In this document: positions 31,378 to 41,626 of the stretch, in pieces | Layout of the letters: the number at the start of each line of letters is the position of its first letter | Position numbering within the stretch: the first letter of the stretch is position 1 | Source: Steroidobacteraceae bacterium | GTDB taxonomy: Bacteria; Pseudomonadota; Gammaproteobacteria; Steroidobacterales; Steroidobacteraceae | NCBI GenBank assembly: GCA_049515055.1 | Contig: JBEKUL010000013.1 | Location: 5,896-69,895 of the forward strand | Direction of reading: 5' to 3' | Length of the DNA stretch: 64,000 bases | Program-made: the position numbers and the translations under genes | Notes under the pieces: model-generated | Databases searched by the model: none | Told to the model about the DNA's origin: nothing | Seen by the model: the letters and a program-made list of their open reading frames with translations, nothing else

Positions 31378-32000
31378 CAGGCTGCTCCTTGCGTGAGCGT
31401 ATCCAGGCCGATTACCAGCGTATTGTCATCGCTGAAGCTGTAGGGCGGCACCCGCAGATTGGTCGGGGCCGGCGAGCCATTGAAGACACGGCCAGCCATG
31501 TCGAAGCGCGAGCCGTGGCACGGACAGCGAAAGCCGCCCGGCCAGCTGGCACCGAGCACCGGATCGCCCGGATCAAAGAACTGCTTGGGCAGGCAGCCGA
31601 GGTGCGTGCAGAAGCCGATCAATATCAGCATATCGGCGCGCCGCGAGCGCATCTGGTTTTTCGCATAGCTCGGCTGATCCGAATCATCCGACTTCGGGTC
31701 CTTGAGATCCTGGTCGTGCGACGCGAGCGCGTCGACCAGCGACTGGGCACGCCGCACGATATAGATGACCTGCAGGCGCCAGGTGGCCATGATGAGCTGT
31801 CCGAGCTCGACCTTGCTGACATCCACCGTTACCGGCGCACCGAGCGCGCGCGCACGTTCGGAGGGCTGCCACGACTCGATGAACGGAATCGCCGCCAGCA
31901 CCACACCGGTCCCGGCCGTGACGGAAGTGGCTGCGGTCAGAAATTTTCTGCGGCCTGGATCCAGCGGCTGATCCGTAGCAATCGAGCCGAGTTCGCTCAT
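31377..32000 (-). CDS. petA: Rieske iron-sulfur subunit of the bc1 complex
   Basis: 207 aa with a Tat-like N-terminus ([10 protein letters not shown]). The Rieske boxes CTHLGC and CPCHGS are present. Confidence 0.95.
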   Translation of the reverse strand: MSELGSIATDQPLDPGRRKFLTAATSVTAGTGVVLAAIPFIESWQPSERARALGAPVTVDVSKVELGQLIMATWRLQVIYIVRRAQSLVDALASHDQDLKDPKSDDSDQPSYAKNQMRSRRADMLILIGFCTHLGCLPKQFFDPGDPVLGASWPGGFRCPCHGSRFDMAGRVFNGSPAPTNLRVPPYSFSDDNTLVIGLDTLTQGAA

Positions 32001-32111
32001 AGTTTCACTCGCATACGCTCATCGCCATACGATCGCTACTCTTAAGCCCGGGAAGTGTCGCATTATACACAACCGCTCAGACGCATCTGAGGCTCCACCA
32101 CAGCCCTATTC

Positions 32112-33389
32112 ATGAATCTGCCTCGCTTGGGACGCGCAGTGATCTTTCTGGCTGGCAGCATCGTTGGCGGCCTGGCCTTGGCGTTCATCATCGTTTTCGT
32201 ACATCCGCAGCTCCTGCAGCGTGCGGCGGCCGTAGCGGACAAACCGGCGGCGGCTGACTCCGCGCCGAAAGCAAGCGCGCAGCGCAGCTCGAGCGCCGCG
32301 ATCCCGAGCCTCGGCGCCGCGGCGCTCCAGCACAGTGCAGCCGATACGGACGCCAGCGCTGCCGGGGCCGCGGCCGCGCCGCCGGGCGCCGCTGCCGGAC
32401 TGACCGCGGAGTCCTATGCCGCGGCCGTGCGCCGCGCCGCGCCAGCCGTGGTCAATATATCGACCGCGCGGCTCGTGACTGAGCAGATCGGGCCCTCCGC
32501 GCTGGCGCAATTGTTTGGCGACCTGCGGCCGCTGTATCGGCAGCGGGTAGAGCGCGCGCTCGGCTCGGGCGTGATCGTCGACAGCAGCGGTCACATCATC
32601 ACCAACAACCACGTGATCGCCAATGCCGACACGATCATGATCACGCTGGCTGATGGCCGCGCGACGCGCGCGGTGGTGGTGGGCCGCGACCCGGATACGG
32701 ACCTGGCGTTACTGTCGATCAAGCTCAAGAGCCTGCCGGTCATGCCGCTGGGCCGCTCGGATCGGCTGCAGGTCGGCGATGGCGTGCTCGCCATCGGCAA
32801 TCCCCTGGGATTGTCGCAGACCGTCACGCACGGCATCGTGAGCGCAATCGGACGCAATCAGCTCGGAGTTGCGACCTTCGAGGACTTCATTCAGACGGAC
32901 GCGGCAATCAATTCGGGCAACTCGGGCGGCGCACTGATCAATACCCTGGGGGAATTGATCGGCATCAATACCGCGGTACTCGGCAAGAACAGCGCCGGCG
33001 ACATCAGCGTCGAGGGCATCAGCTTTGCGATACCCGTGAACCTCGCGCGCGGCGTCATGGATGAGATTCTGGATCATGGCCGCGTGATCCGCGGCTGGAC
33101 CGGTATCGTGCCCGAGGACGTCGGCGACGAGCAGGCGCGCCAGCTCGGCCTGCCGCGCGGCGGCGTGGTGATCACGAATCTCTACCGCAACAGTCCGGCG
33201 GTCGATGCCGGCTTGCGTATCGGGGATATCATCACTGAGGTCGATGGCAAGAACGTGCACAATGCGCAGGAGACGCTGGCGCAGATCGCGGCCAGAAAGC
33301 CGGGCAGCCGTGTGCAACTGGAGCTGCTTCGTGGCAGCGGCAATGTCGAGGCAACCCTCGCGGTGACCGAGCGGCCACGCTCGAGCTAA
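32112..33389 (+). CDS. membrane-anchored S1C serine endoprotease with one PDZ domain (DegS/AlgW-like)
   Basis: 425 aa with an N-terminal TM segment. The catalytic triad contexts are ITNNHV, DTDLALL and GNSGGAL. There is a single C-terminal PDZ domain. An Ala/Ser-rich spacer of about 85 aa follows the TM segment. Confidence 0.88.
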   Translation: MNLPRLGRAVIFLAGSIVGGLALAFIIVFVHPQLLQRAAAVADKPAAADSAPKASAQRSSSAAIPSLGAAALQHSAADTDASAAGAAAAPPGAAAGLTAESYAAAVRRAAPAVVNISTARLVTEQIGPSALAQLFGDLRPLYRQRVERALGSGVIVDSSGHIITNNHVIANADTIMITLADGRATRAVVVGRDPDTDLALLSIKLKSLPVMPLGRSDRLQVGDGVLAIGNPLGLSQTVTHGIVSAIGRNQLGVATFEDFIQTDAAINSGNSGGALINTLGELIGINTAVLGKNSAGDISVEGISFAIPVNLARGVMDEILDHGRVIRGWTGIVPEDVGDEQARQLGLPRGGVVITNLYRNSPAVDAGLRIGDIITEVDGKNVHNAQETLAQIAARKPGSRVQLELLRGSGNVEATLAVTERPRSS

Positions 33390-33405
33390 AGCGCTGCCGT
33401 GGCGG

Positions 33406-34921
<1,516 letters not shown>

Positions 34922-34990
34922 GTTGGGCCGTGATCTTAAGGCAATTGCGGCGCGAGGAAGGCGCCATCTGCGCGACCGCAAGGCGCTATC

Positions 34991-36007
34991 ATGCCCGGCG
35001 CGAGACCCATGATGAACGCCTCAGAACATAGCGCCGCGAGCGATCAGTCGTTGCTGCAGGCCGCGCGACGCACTTTCGAGATCGAAGGGGCGGCTCTCGA
35101 GGCGCTGCGCAGCAGGCTGGATGCAGCCTTCGTCGCGGCCTGCCGCCTGTGCCTGCAATGCCAGGGCCGCATCGTGGTCACGGGCATGGGCAAGTCCGGC
35201 CACATTGCGCACAAGATTGCCGCGACGCTCGCGAGCACCGGCAGTCCGGCCTTCTTCCTGCATTCGGCCGAGGCCAGCCATGGGGATCTGGGCATGCTTG
35301 CGCGCGGCGACGTGCTGCTGGCATTGTCCAATTCGGGCGAGACAGAGGAAGTGCTGGCGCTGCTGCCGCAGATCAAGCGCATGGCAGTGCCCTTGATCGC
35401 CCTTACCGGCAACCCGCTGTCCACGCTGGCGGCGGCCGCGGACGCGCATCTTGATGTCGGCGTGCCCCAGGAGGCCTGCCCGCACAATCTGGCGCCTACC
35501 GCGAGCACCACCGCGGCGTTGGTCATGGGCGATGCACTGGCCGTGGCGCTGTTGCAGGCGCGCGGTTTCTCGGCCGAGGACTTCGCCCGGGCGCATCCTG
35601 GCGGCAGATTGGGACGCCGATTGCTGTTGCGCGTCGAGGACATCATGCGACGCGGCGATCGACTTCCGCGCGTGCGCCCGGACACGCCCCTGGCGGACGC
35701 ACTGATCGAGATGACGCGCAAGGGTCTGGGCCTGACCGCCGTGGTAGACGCCCAGCAACAGCTGCTCGGCGTATTCAGCGACGGGGATCTGCGCCGCGCG
35801 CTGGATCGGCGCATCGATCTGCACGCGACCAGCATGCGCGAGGTCATGACGGTCGGCGGCCGCTCCATCGACGCGCACGAACTGGCCGCGGCTGCCGCGG
35901 CGCTCATGCAGGCGCATCGGATCACGGCGCTGCTGGTCACGGATGATGCCCGCCAGCTCATCGGCGCACTCAACGTCCATGATCTGATGCAGGCGGGTGT
36001 GGTTTGA
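34991..36007 (+). CDS. kdsD: arabinose-5-phosphate isomerase KdsD (SIS + tandem CBS)
   Basis: 338 aa with the SIS motif VVTGMGKSGHIAHKIAATLASTG and C-terminal CBS pairs. Confidence 0.93.
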   Translation: MPGARPMMNASEHSAASDQSLLQAARRTFEIEGAALEALRSRLDAAFVAACRLCLQCQGRIVVTGMGKSGHIAHKIAATLASTGSPAFFLHSAEASHGDLGMLARGDVLLALSNSGETEEVLALLPQIKRMAVPLIALTGNPLSTLAAAADAHLDVGVPQEACPHNLAPTASTTAALVMGDALAVALLQARGFSAEDFARAHPGGRLGRRLLLRVEDIMRRGDRLPRVRPDTPLADALIEMTRKGLGLTAVVDAQQQLLGVFSDGDLRRALDRRIDLHATSMREVMTVGGRSIDAHELAAAAAALMQAHRITALLVTDDARQLIGALNVHDLMQAGVV

Positions 36008-36546
36008 AGCGCGCGCGCGCAGCGCGGGCGCGACCCGCGGCGCTGTCGGCAATGCGCCTGCTCGTGCTCGATGTCGACGGCGTCATGACCGATGGACGCC
36101 TGTATTACGGCGCAACCGGCGAGCTGGGCAAGAGCTTTCATGCGCGCGATGGGTTTGGCATCAAGGCCTTGCTCGCCGCCGGCCTCGGCGTCGCGGTGAT
36201 CTCGGGCCGGCATTCGCCGGCCACCGAGCAGCGCTGCCTGGAGCTCGGTATTCCACATGTATTGCTGGGCGTTGCGGATAAGGGCAGCGCGCTGGCACAG
36301 CTGCTCGAGTCACTCGAGCTCACGAGCGCTCAATGCGTCGCCCTGGGCGACGATGCTGGCGACCTGCCGATGCTGCAGCGGGCTGGCCTGGCCGTGGCCG
36401 TGGCCGATGCGCACCCTTCGGCGCTTGCCCTCGCCCATCGCCGCACGCGGCTGCCTGGCGGCGCCGGCGCGGTACGTGAAGTGTGCGACTGGTTGCTGGC
36501 CGCTCAGGGCGCGCACGGTGCGGCTCGCACGCGGCGGCGCCCATGA
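36004..36546 (+). CDS. kdsC: 3-deoxy-D-manno-octulosonate 8-phosphate phosphatase KdsC
   Basis: It has the HAD motif LLVLDVDGVMTDG and GDDAGDLP. TTG 36004 overlaps the kdsD TGA, and ATG 36052 is an alternative start. Confidence 0.88.
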   Translation: MKRARAARARPAALSAMRLLVLDVDGVMTDGRLYYGATGELGKSFHARDGFGIKALLAAGLGVAVISGRHSPATEQRCLELGIPHVLLGVADKGSALAQLLESLELTSAQCVALGDDAGDLPMLQRAGLAVAVADAHPSALALAHRRTRLPGGAGAVREVCDWLLAAQGAHGAARTRRRP

Positions 36547-37103
36547 TCTTGCGGCTGTTATTTGCACTTGGCTCGCTCGCGATCCTGGGCGCGCTGCTCT
36601 ATTTCGAGGGCAACGGCGACGACAGCGCCGAGGGCTCGGCTGCGGAGCAGAACGCTACCTCTCCGGGGTATGTGGCGATCCGGGCCCAGCTCATTGAGAC
36701 CGGTGAGGATGGGCAGCCGCTCTACCGCCTGGATGCCAGTCGCATAGATCAGCCGCAGCCGCAGGGAACTATCTATCTGACCAGCCCGAAGCTCGATTAT
36801 GAGCCCGAGGGTGGCAATCGCTGGACGCTTACGGCGCAGAGCGGGCAGATGCCCCAGGACGCGCGCTCGGCGGATCTGCATGGCAACGTGCACGCCGAAG
36901 GCAAGCCATCCGGTTCCAACACCCCGGTGCGCATCGATACCGAGGAATTGCATTTCGATATGGCCCAGCAAGTGGCCACCTCGCCGAGCGCGGTACTGGT
37001 GAATTGGGGCCGCTATCGCCTGGATGGTCGCGGCATGCGGGCCGATCTCAAGAATGACCGACTGCAATTGGCGTCGCAGGTACGCGGTGTATTGGTGCAC
37101 TGA
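36543..37103 (+). CDS. lptC: LPS export protein LptC
   Basis: ORF 36483..37103 trimmed to ATG 36543 (ATGA overlap with the kdsC stop). It has an N-terminal TM anchor (MILRLLFALGSLAILGALLYF) and an OstA-like beta-jellyroll-type sequence. Its position between kdsC and lptA fits LptC. Confidence 0.75.
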   Translation: MILRLLFALGSLAILGALLYFEGNGDDSAEGSAAEQNATSPGYVAIRAQLIETGEDGQPLYRLDASRIDQPQPQGTIYLTSPKLDYEPEGGNRWTLTAQSGQMPQDARSADLHGNVHAEGKPSGSNTPVRIDTEELHFDMAQQVATSPSAVLVNWGRYRLDGRGMRADLKNDRLQLASQVRGVLVH

Positions 37104-37128
37104 GGGCCAGCGCGCATCGCGCGCCATC

Positions 37129-37773
37129 GTGCGCAGCGCAGCCACCGCGATGCTTTGGGCCATCACCTTGCTGCTGCGCGCAGCCGGTGCCGGGGCGGCA
37201 GACTCCGCGGCCGACGCCCTGCCCTGCGATGAGCCGCCGATGTGCTACACCGCCTCGCGACTGCAGGCCGACCGCAATCACATCACGCTGTACGACATCG
37301 ACATCGTCGATTGGACGCGCGGTGTCAGCCGCATCAGAGCGCAACGAGCCGATGCCACCGGCGAGCAGCTCAGCGATAGCGACATCGTTTTGACCGGGCA
37401 GGTTCGCGTGTCCATGCCTGAGGGCGAGTTGCGCGCCGACAAGGCCACGGTGCGCATAGCCCACAATCGCATTACCTCGATGAGGGCCGAGGGCAATCCG
37501 GCGACCTTTGAGCATGCAATCGGTAACGGCGCGCAGATCGCGCATGGGCACGCCAACGCAATCTCCTATGATCTGGAGCGCGATGAGCTGCAGTTGCAAG
37601 GCGATAGCTGGCTCACGGATGGCTGCAACGAGATCAACAGCGATCACATCCTCTACGAATTGGCCTCGCAGCACGTGCAGGCCGATGCCGCGCCGGGTGA
37701 AGCAGGACGCGTGCACGGCACGATCCGCTCGCGCGCGGGCGTGCCCTGCGCCGCCGGAGCGGCGCGTCCATGA
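37129..37773 (+). CDS. lptA: LPS export periplasmic protein LptA (OstA N-terminal domain)
   Basis: ORF 37024..37773. GTG 37129 gives the signal peptide (M)[23 protein letters not shown], and ATG 37150 is an alternative start. The repetitive beta-strand pattern ([22 protein letters not shown]...) fits LptA. It ends in an ATGA overlap with lptB. Confidence 0.75.
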   Translation: MRSAATAMLWAITLLLRAAGAGAADSAADALPCDEPPMCYTASRLQADRNHITLYDIDIVDWTRGVSRIRAQRADATGEQLSDSDIVLTGQVRVSMPEGELRADKATVRIAHNRITSMRAEGNPATFEHAIGNGAQIAHGHANAISYDLERDELQLQGDSWLTDGCNEINSDHILYELASQHVQADAAPGEAGRVHGTIRSRAGVPCAAGAARP

Positions 37774-38495
37774 GCCAGCTGACCGCGCGCGCGCTGCAGA
37801 AGAGCTATCGCTCGCGCATGGTGGTACGCGATCTGTCGCTCGAGATTCACACCGGCGAGGTGGTTGGCCTGCTCGGGCCAAACGGTGCGGGCAAGACGAC
37901 CGCCTTCTACATGATCGTGGGCCTGGTGCCGGCCGATGGCGGCTCGATCAGGCTCGACGAGCAGGACCTCACGAGCATGAGCATTGATCAGCGCGCGCGC
38001 CTCGGGATCGGATACCTGCCGCAGGAGTCCTCGGTCTTTCGCAGGCTATCGGTGGCCGACAACATCATGGCTATTCTGGAACTGCGCGCCGAGCTCGATC
38101 GGGCCGGCCGCGAGCAACGCCTCGAGGAGCTGCTGGGCGAGCTGCGCATCGGGCACGTGCGAGCCACGCGCGGCCTGTCACTGTCTGGTGGCGAGCGGCG
38201 CCGCGTTGAGATCGCGCGCGCCCTGGCGGCCGAGCCGCGCTTCATTCTGCTGGATGAGCCCTTTGCCGGGGTGGATCCACTGTCCGTGCTGGACATCCAG
38301 CGCATCATCCGGGAACTCGCGGCGCGCGGCATCGGGGTCCTGATCACCGATCACAATGTGCGCGAAACCCTCGGAGTCTGCGCCCGTGCCTATATCGTCG
38401 ACCGCGGGATCATCATCGCTTCGGGGTCCGCGGAGCAAGTCCTTGCCAACCCACAAGTCCGTGAGGTGTACTTGGGCCAGTCCTTCCGCATGTGA
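37770..38495 (+). CDS. lptB: LPS export ABC transporter ATP-binding protein LptB
   Basis: 241 aa with Walker [10 protein letters not shown], the signature [15 protein letters not shown] and Walker B FILLDEP. Confidence 0.96.
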   Translation: MSQLTARALQKSYRSRMVVRDLSLEIHTGEVVGLLGPNGAGKTTAFYMIVGLVPADGGSIRLDEQDLTSMSIDQRARLGIGYLPQESSVFRRLSVADNIMAILELRAELDRAGREQRLEELLGELRIGHVRATRGLSLSGGERRRVEIARALAAEPRFILLDEPFAGVDPLSVLDIQRIIRELAARGIGVLITDHNVRETLGVCARAYIVDRGIIIASGSAEQVLANPQVREVYLGQSFRM

Positions 38496-38580
38496 AGGCT
38501 GGGAGCGATACTGTTAATCTTTCTAAATCAAGCGCTTAGTCGCACAACCAGGCTGCGGCGCCCGGTCGACGGCATGTTTT

Positions 38581-40002
38581 ATGCTTAAGCCGACGCTGCA
38601 GCTGCGGCTCGGGCAGCAATTGACGATGACGCCACAGCTGCAGCAGGCGATCCGCCTGCTGCAATTGCCGACCATCGAGCTGCAGGCGCACATACGAGAA
38701 TTGCTCGAGTCCAACGTGATGCTCGAGCAGGACGATGATGCCGAGGGCGGCGCCTACGACCCGCTCTCAGGCGCGGAGACGGCCCCCGAAATCGCCGCGC
38801 CGCAGCCAGAGGCGCCGGTGGAAGTCCTCGATGACAGCTGGACGGACGATCGATCCGCGGGACCTGCCGAAAATCCGTGGAGTGGCGGCGAGGACGATCG
38901 GCAGCAGGAGTTCGCCGACTCGGCCGGCCAGACGCTGCGCGATCACCTGCTCTGGCAGCTCGAGCTCGCACGCCTGGCTACACGCGAACTGGCGATCGGT
39001 CGCGGCGTGATCGACGCCATCAACGATGACGGCTATCTGACCGAGCCGCTCGATGTCATCGCGGCCAGCCTCAAGCCCGAGCTCGACGCCGGCGTCGATG
39101 AGGTAGAGCACGTACTGGGCTTCGTGCAGGCGTTCGATCCGGTCGGGGTCGGCGCACGCACACTCAGCGAGTGCCTGCTGCTGCAGCTCGCGCAGCTCAC
39201 GCCCGGTATCGCCGGCCTGGCGGCGGCAAAATCCATCGCTCGCCTGCACCTGGAGCTGCTCGCCGAGCGTGAGCTCACCGCACTGCGGCGTGAGATGCGC
39301 ATCGCTGACGAAGAGCTCGCCAACGCCGTGGCCCTGGTGCGCGCCTGCCATCCGCGGCCCGGCTCGGTGATCAGCGGCAACGCGGCCGAGTACGTCATTC
39401 CCGACGTCTTCGTACGCCGCACGCCGCGCGGCTGGTCGGTCGAAATCAACCCGGCGACGCTGCCACGCGTGCGTCTGAACCAGGGCTATGCCAACCTCGT
39501 CGGCCGCAGCAGCAGTCACGCCAGCATGCGCACGCAGCTGCAGGAAGCGCGCTGGCTGCTCAAGAGCCTGGAGATCCGCAACGACACCCTCACCAAGGTC
39601 GCCCGTTCAATCGTCGAGCGCCAGACGGAATTTCTCGAGCATGGCGAGGAGCACATGCGACCGATGATCCTGCGCGATATCGCCGAGGCCATCGGCATGC
39701 ATGAATCGACGGTCTCGCGCGTGACCTCCGGCAAGTACATGCATACCCCGCGCGGCGTGTTCGAGTTGCGCTACTTCTTCTCGAGCCAGGTCGAGGGCGT
39801 CAACGGCACGGGCACCTCCTCGACGGCTATCCGCGCCAAGATCCGCAAGCTCATTCGCGAGGAGGACGGCGCCGCGCCGCTCAGCGACAGCCGGATCGCG
39901 GAGATTCTGTCCGAGGAGGGCATTCCGGTCGCCCGCCGCACGGTCGCGAAATATCGGGAAATGATGGGACTCGCCCCATCGAATGAACGCCGGCGAAGTT
40001 AA
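38581..40002 (+). CDS. rpoN: RNA polymerase sigma-54 factor
   Basis: 473 aa with the N-terminal Gln/Leu-rich region MLKPTLQLRLGQQLTMTPQLQQAIRLLQL. The HTH and RpoN box ARRTVAKYREMMG are present. Confidence 0.96.
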   Translation: MLKPTLQLRLGQQLTMTPQLQQAIRLLQLPTIELQAHIRELLESNVMLEQDDDAEGGAYDPLSGAETAPEIAAPQPEAPVEVLDDSWTDDRSAGPAENPWSGGEDDRQQEFADSAGQTLRDHLLWQLELARLATRELAIGRGVIDAINDDGYLTEPLDVIAASLKPELDAGVDEVEHVLGFVQAFDPVGVGARTLSECLLLQLAQLTPGIAGLAAAKSIARLHLELLAERELTALRREMRIADEELANAVALVRACHPRPGSVISGNAAEYVIPDVFVRRTPRGWSVEINPATLPRVRLNQGYANLVGRSSSHASMRTQLQEARWLLKSLEIRNDTLTKVARSIVERQTEFLEHGEEHMRPMILRDIAEAIGMHESTVSRVTSGKYMHTPRGVFELRYFFSSQVEGVNGTGTSSTAIRAKIRKLIREEDGAAPLSDSRIAEILSEEGIPVARRTVAKYREMMGLAPSNERRRS

Positions 40003-40045
40003 ATGCAGAGTGACAGTCTTCGCGCCACACCAAGGAGAGCAGGCC

Positions 40046-40366
40046 ATGCAACTGAGCGTCACCGGTCATCACGTCGAGATCACGCCAGCTCTGCGCAGCT
40101 ACGTGGAGAAGAAAATTGGCCGCATCGTGCGCCATTGCGATTACGTGATCGACACGCATTTCGTACTGACGGTGGAAAAGCTGCTGCATAAAGCCGAGGC
40201 AACACTACGCGTGCGCGGCGAGATCATCCACGCGCTGGCGAGCGATGGTGACATGTACGCCGCGCTGGACGCATTGGCCGACAAGCTCGAGCGGCGCGTG
40301 CGCAAACACAAGGAAAAGCTGACCGACCATCATGCCGAGCAAGTGCACAAGAGTCCGCGCCTGTAG
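40046..40366 (+). CDS. hpf: ribosome hibernation promoting factor (short HPF/YhbH type)
   Basis: ORF 39983..40366 trimmed to ATG 40046, with an AAGGAGAG SD upstream. The N-terminus MQLSVTGHHVEITPALRSYVEKK is typical of HPF. Confidence 0.9.
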   Translation: MQLSVTGHHVEITPALRSYVEKKIGRIVRHCDYVIDTHFVLTVEKLLHKAEATLRVRGEIIHALASDGDMYAALDALADKLERRVRKHKEKLTDHHAEQVHKSPRL

Positions 40367-40405
40367 CGCCAGGCCCGCCCCTGCCTGGCACAGCGCCGCG
40401 CTGGA

Positions 40406-41308
40406 GTGCGCGTGCGCCTGATCTTCCTGAGCGGTCTGTCGGGCTCGGGCAAGAGCGTGGCGCTGCACATGCTCGAGGATCTGGACTTCTATTGCATCGA
40501 CAACATTCCTGCGGCGCTGCTGCGATCCTTCATTTCACACACCGTGCGCAGCGGCTCGCCGGTGTATCAGCGCACGGCGATCGGCATCGATGCGCGCAAT
40601 CCGGATGAGGAAATTGCCACCGTGCCGACGCTGCTGGATGAGCTCAAGCGCAGCGGCATCCAGTGCGAGCTCATATTTCTGGTCGCGAGCGACGAGGAGC
40701 TGTTGCGCCGCTTCGCCGAGACGCGTCGCAAACACCCGCTGAGTCGGCATGGGGAGAATCTGCACGAGGCCATCGCCATCGAGCGCGCGCTGCTCGAGCC
40801 GGTGATCAACGCCGCCGACCTGATGATTGACACCTCGCGCATGGGCGTGCACGAGCTGCGCGAACTGATCAACCGCCGCGTCGGCAAGCGCCCGCGCGAT
40901 CGCATGTCGGTCCTGTGCGAGTCGTTCGGCTACAAATATGGCATACCGGGCGATGCGGATTTTGTCTTCGACGCCCGCTCACTGCCCAATCCCTACTGGG
41001 ATCCGAATCTGCGGCCGCTCACAGGTCACGATGCAGCGGTGATGACCTACCTGGAAGCGCAACCAGCAGTCGCCAATTTCATCGAGGACGTCGTGCGCTT
41101 CATCGATGCGCGGCTGCCGGAACACCAGGCGGCCAATCGCCGCTATCTGACGCTAGCCGTCGGCTGCACCGGCGGTCAGCACCGCTCGGTGTATATCGTC
41201 GAGCAGATTGCGGCACGGATTGCAGCGCGCTGGTCGCCCGTGGCGGTGCGCCACTCCGCATTGCCCGACTCGCACAAGTCGATACGCGCGCTGGCCAAGG
41301 CACCCTGA
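40406..41308 (+). CDS. rapZ: RNase adapter protein RapZ (YhbJ)
   Basis: It has Walker A GLSGSGKS and VALHMLEDLDFYCIDNIP, and the C-terminal domain contains GCTGGQHRSV. The start is GTG 40406 or, with better SD spacing, GTG 40412. Confidence 0.93.
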   Translation: MRVRLIFLSGLSGSGKSVALHMLEDLDFYCIDNIPAALLRSFISHTVRSGSPVYQRTAIGIDARNPDEEIATVPTLLDELKRSGIQCELIFLVASDEELLRRFAETRRKHPLSRHGENLHEAIAIERALLEPVINAADLMIDTSRMGVHELRELINRRVGKRPRDRMSVLCESFGYKYGIPGDADFVFDARSLPNPYWDPNLRPLTGHDAAVMTYLEAQPAVANFIEDVVRFIDARLPEHQAANRRYLTLAVGCTGGQHRSVYIVEQIAARIAARWSPVAVRHSALPDSHKSIRALAKAP

Positions 41309-41353
41309 AGCGCGCGCGGGCCTTGAAGCTCGCATCGCAACTACAGCGAGCCC

Positions 41354-41626
41354 CTAGCCGCCAGCGCGCCTGGCGCTAAAGCCGCGGCGCACGAGCTCCG
41401 CGACGAGCCGGTCGCGATGCTCGCCCTGAATCTCGATGCTGCGCTGCCTGACCGTCCCGCCGCTGCCGCACAGGCGCTTGAGCTCGCTCGCCAGCCCCGC
41501 GAGCGCAGCGGGCGCGAGCGGCAATCCGGTGATCACTGTCACGGCCTTGCCGGCGCGGCCCTGCGTCTGCCGGCTCACGCGCACTGCGGCCTGATCAGTG
41601 CGATGCAGCCCCCCGGGCCGGCTCAC
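41354..41626 (-). CDS. yciH: SUI1/eIF1-family translation initiation factor-like protein YciH
   Basis: The C-terminal part of ORF 41354..41905 is VRVSRQTQGRAGKAVTVITGLPLAPAALAGLASELKRLCGSGGTVRQRSIEIQGEHRDRLVAELVRRGFSARRAGG. This is collinear with E. coli YciH (VRIQRQTSGRKGKGVCLITGV...CGCGGAVKDGVIEIQGDKRD...KLAGG). The start is set at GTG 41626, which overlaps the pyk TGA (GTGA). The start is uncertain. Confidence 0.75.
   Translation of the reverse strand: MSRPGGLHRTDQAAVRVSRQTQGRAGKAVTVITGLPLAPAALAGLASELKRLCGSGGTVRQRSIEIQGEHRDRLVAELVRRGFSARRAGG

Noticed and set aside
32062-32067. A perfect TATAAT on the minus strand upstream of petA.
   Set aside because: No acceptable -35 hexamer lies at 16-18 nt spacing (the best is TCAGAT). 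I left it unannotated as a promoter.
40386-40391. A perfect sigma-54 -24 element, TGGCAC, just upstream of rapZ.
   Set aside because: The required GC of the -12 element is not at the GG-N10-GC spacing; the sequence there reads CG. The TGGCAC is also part of the hairpin 40368-40389, so it is probably coincidental.
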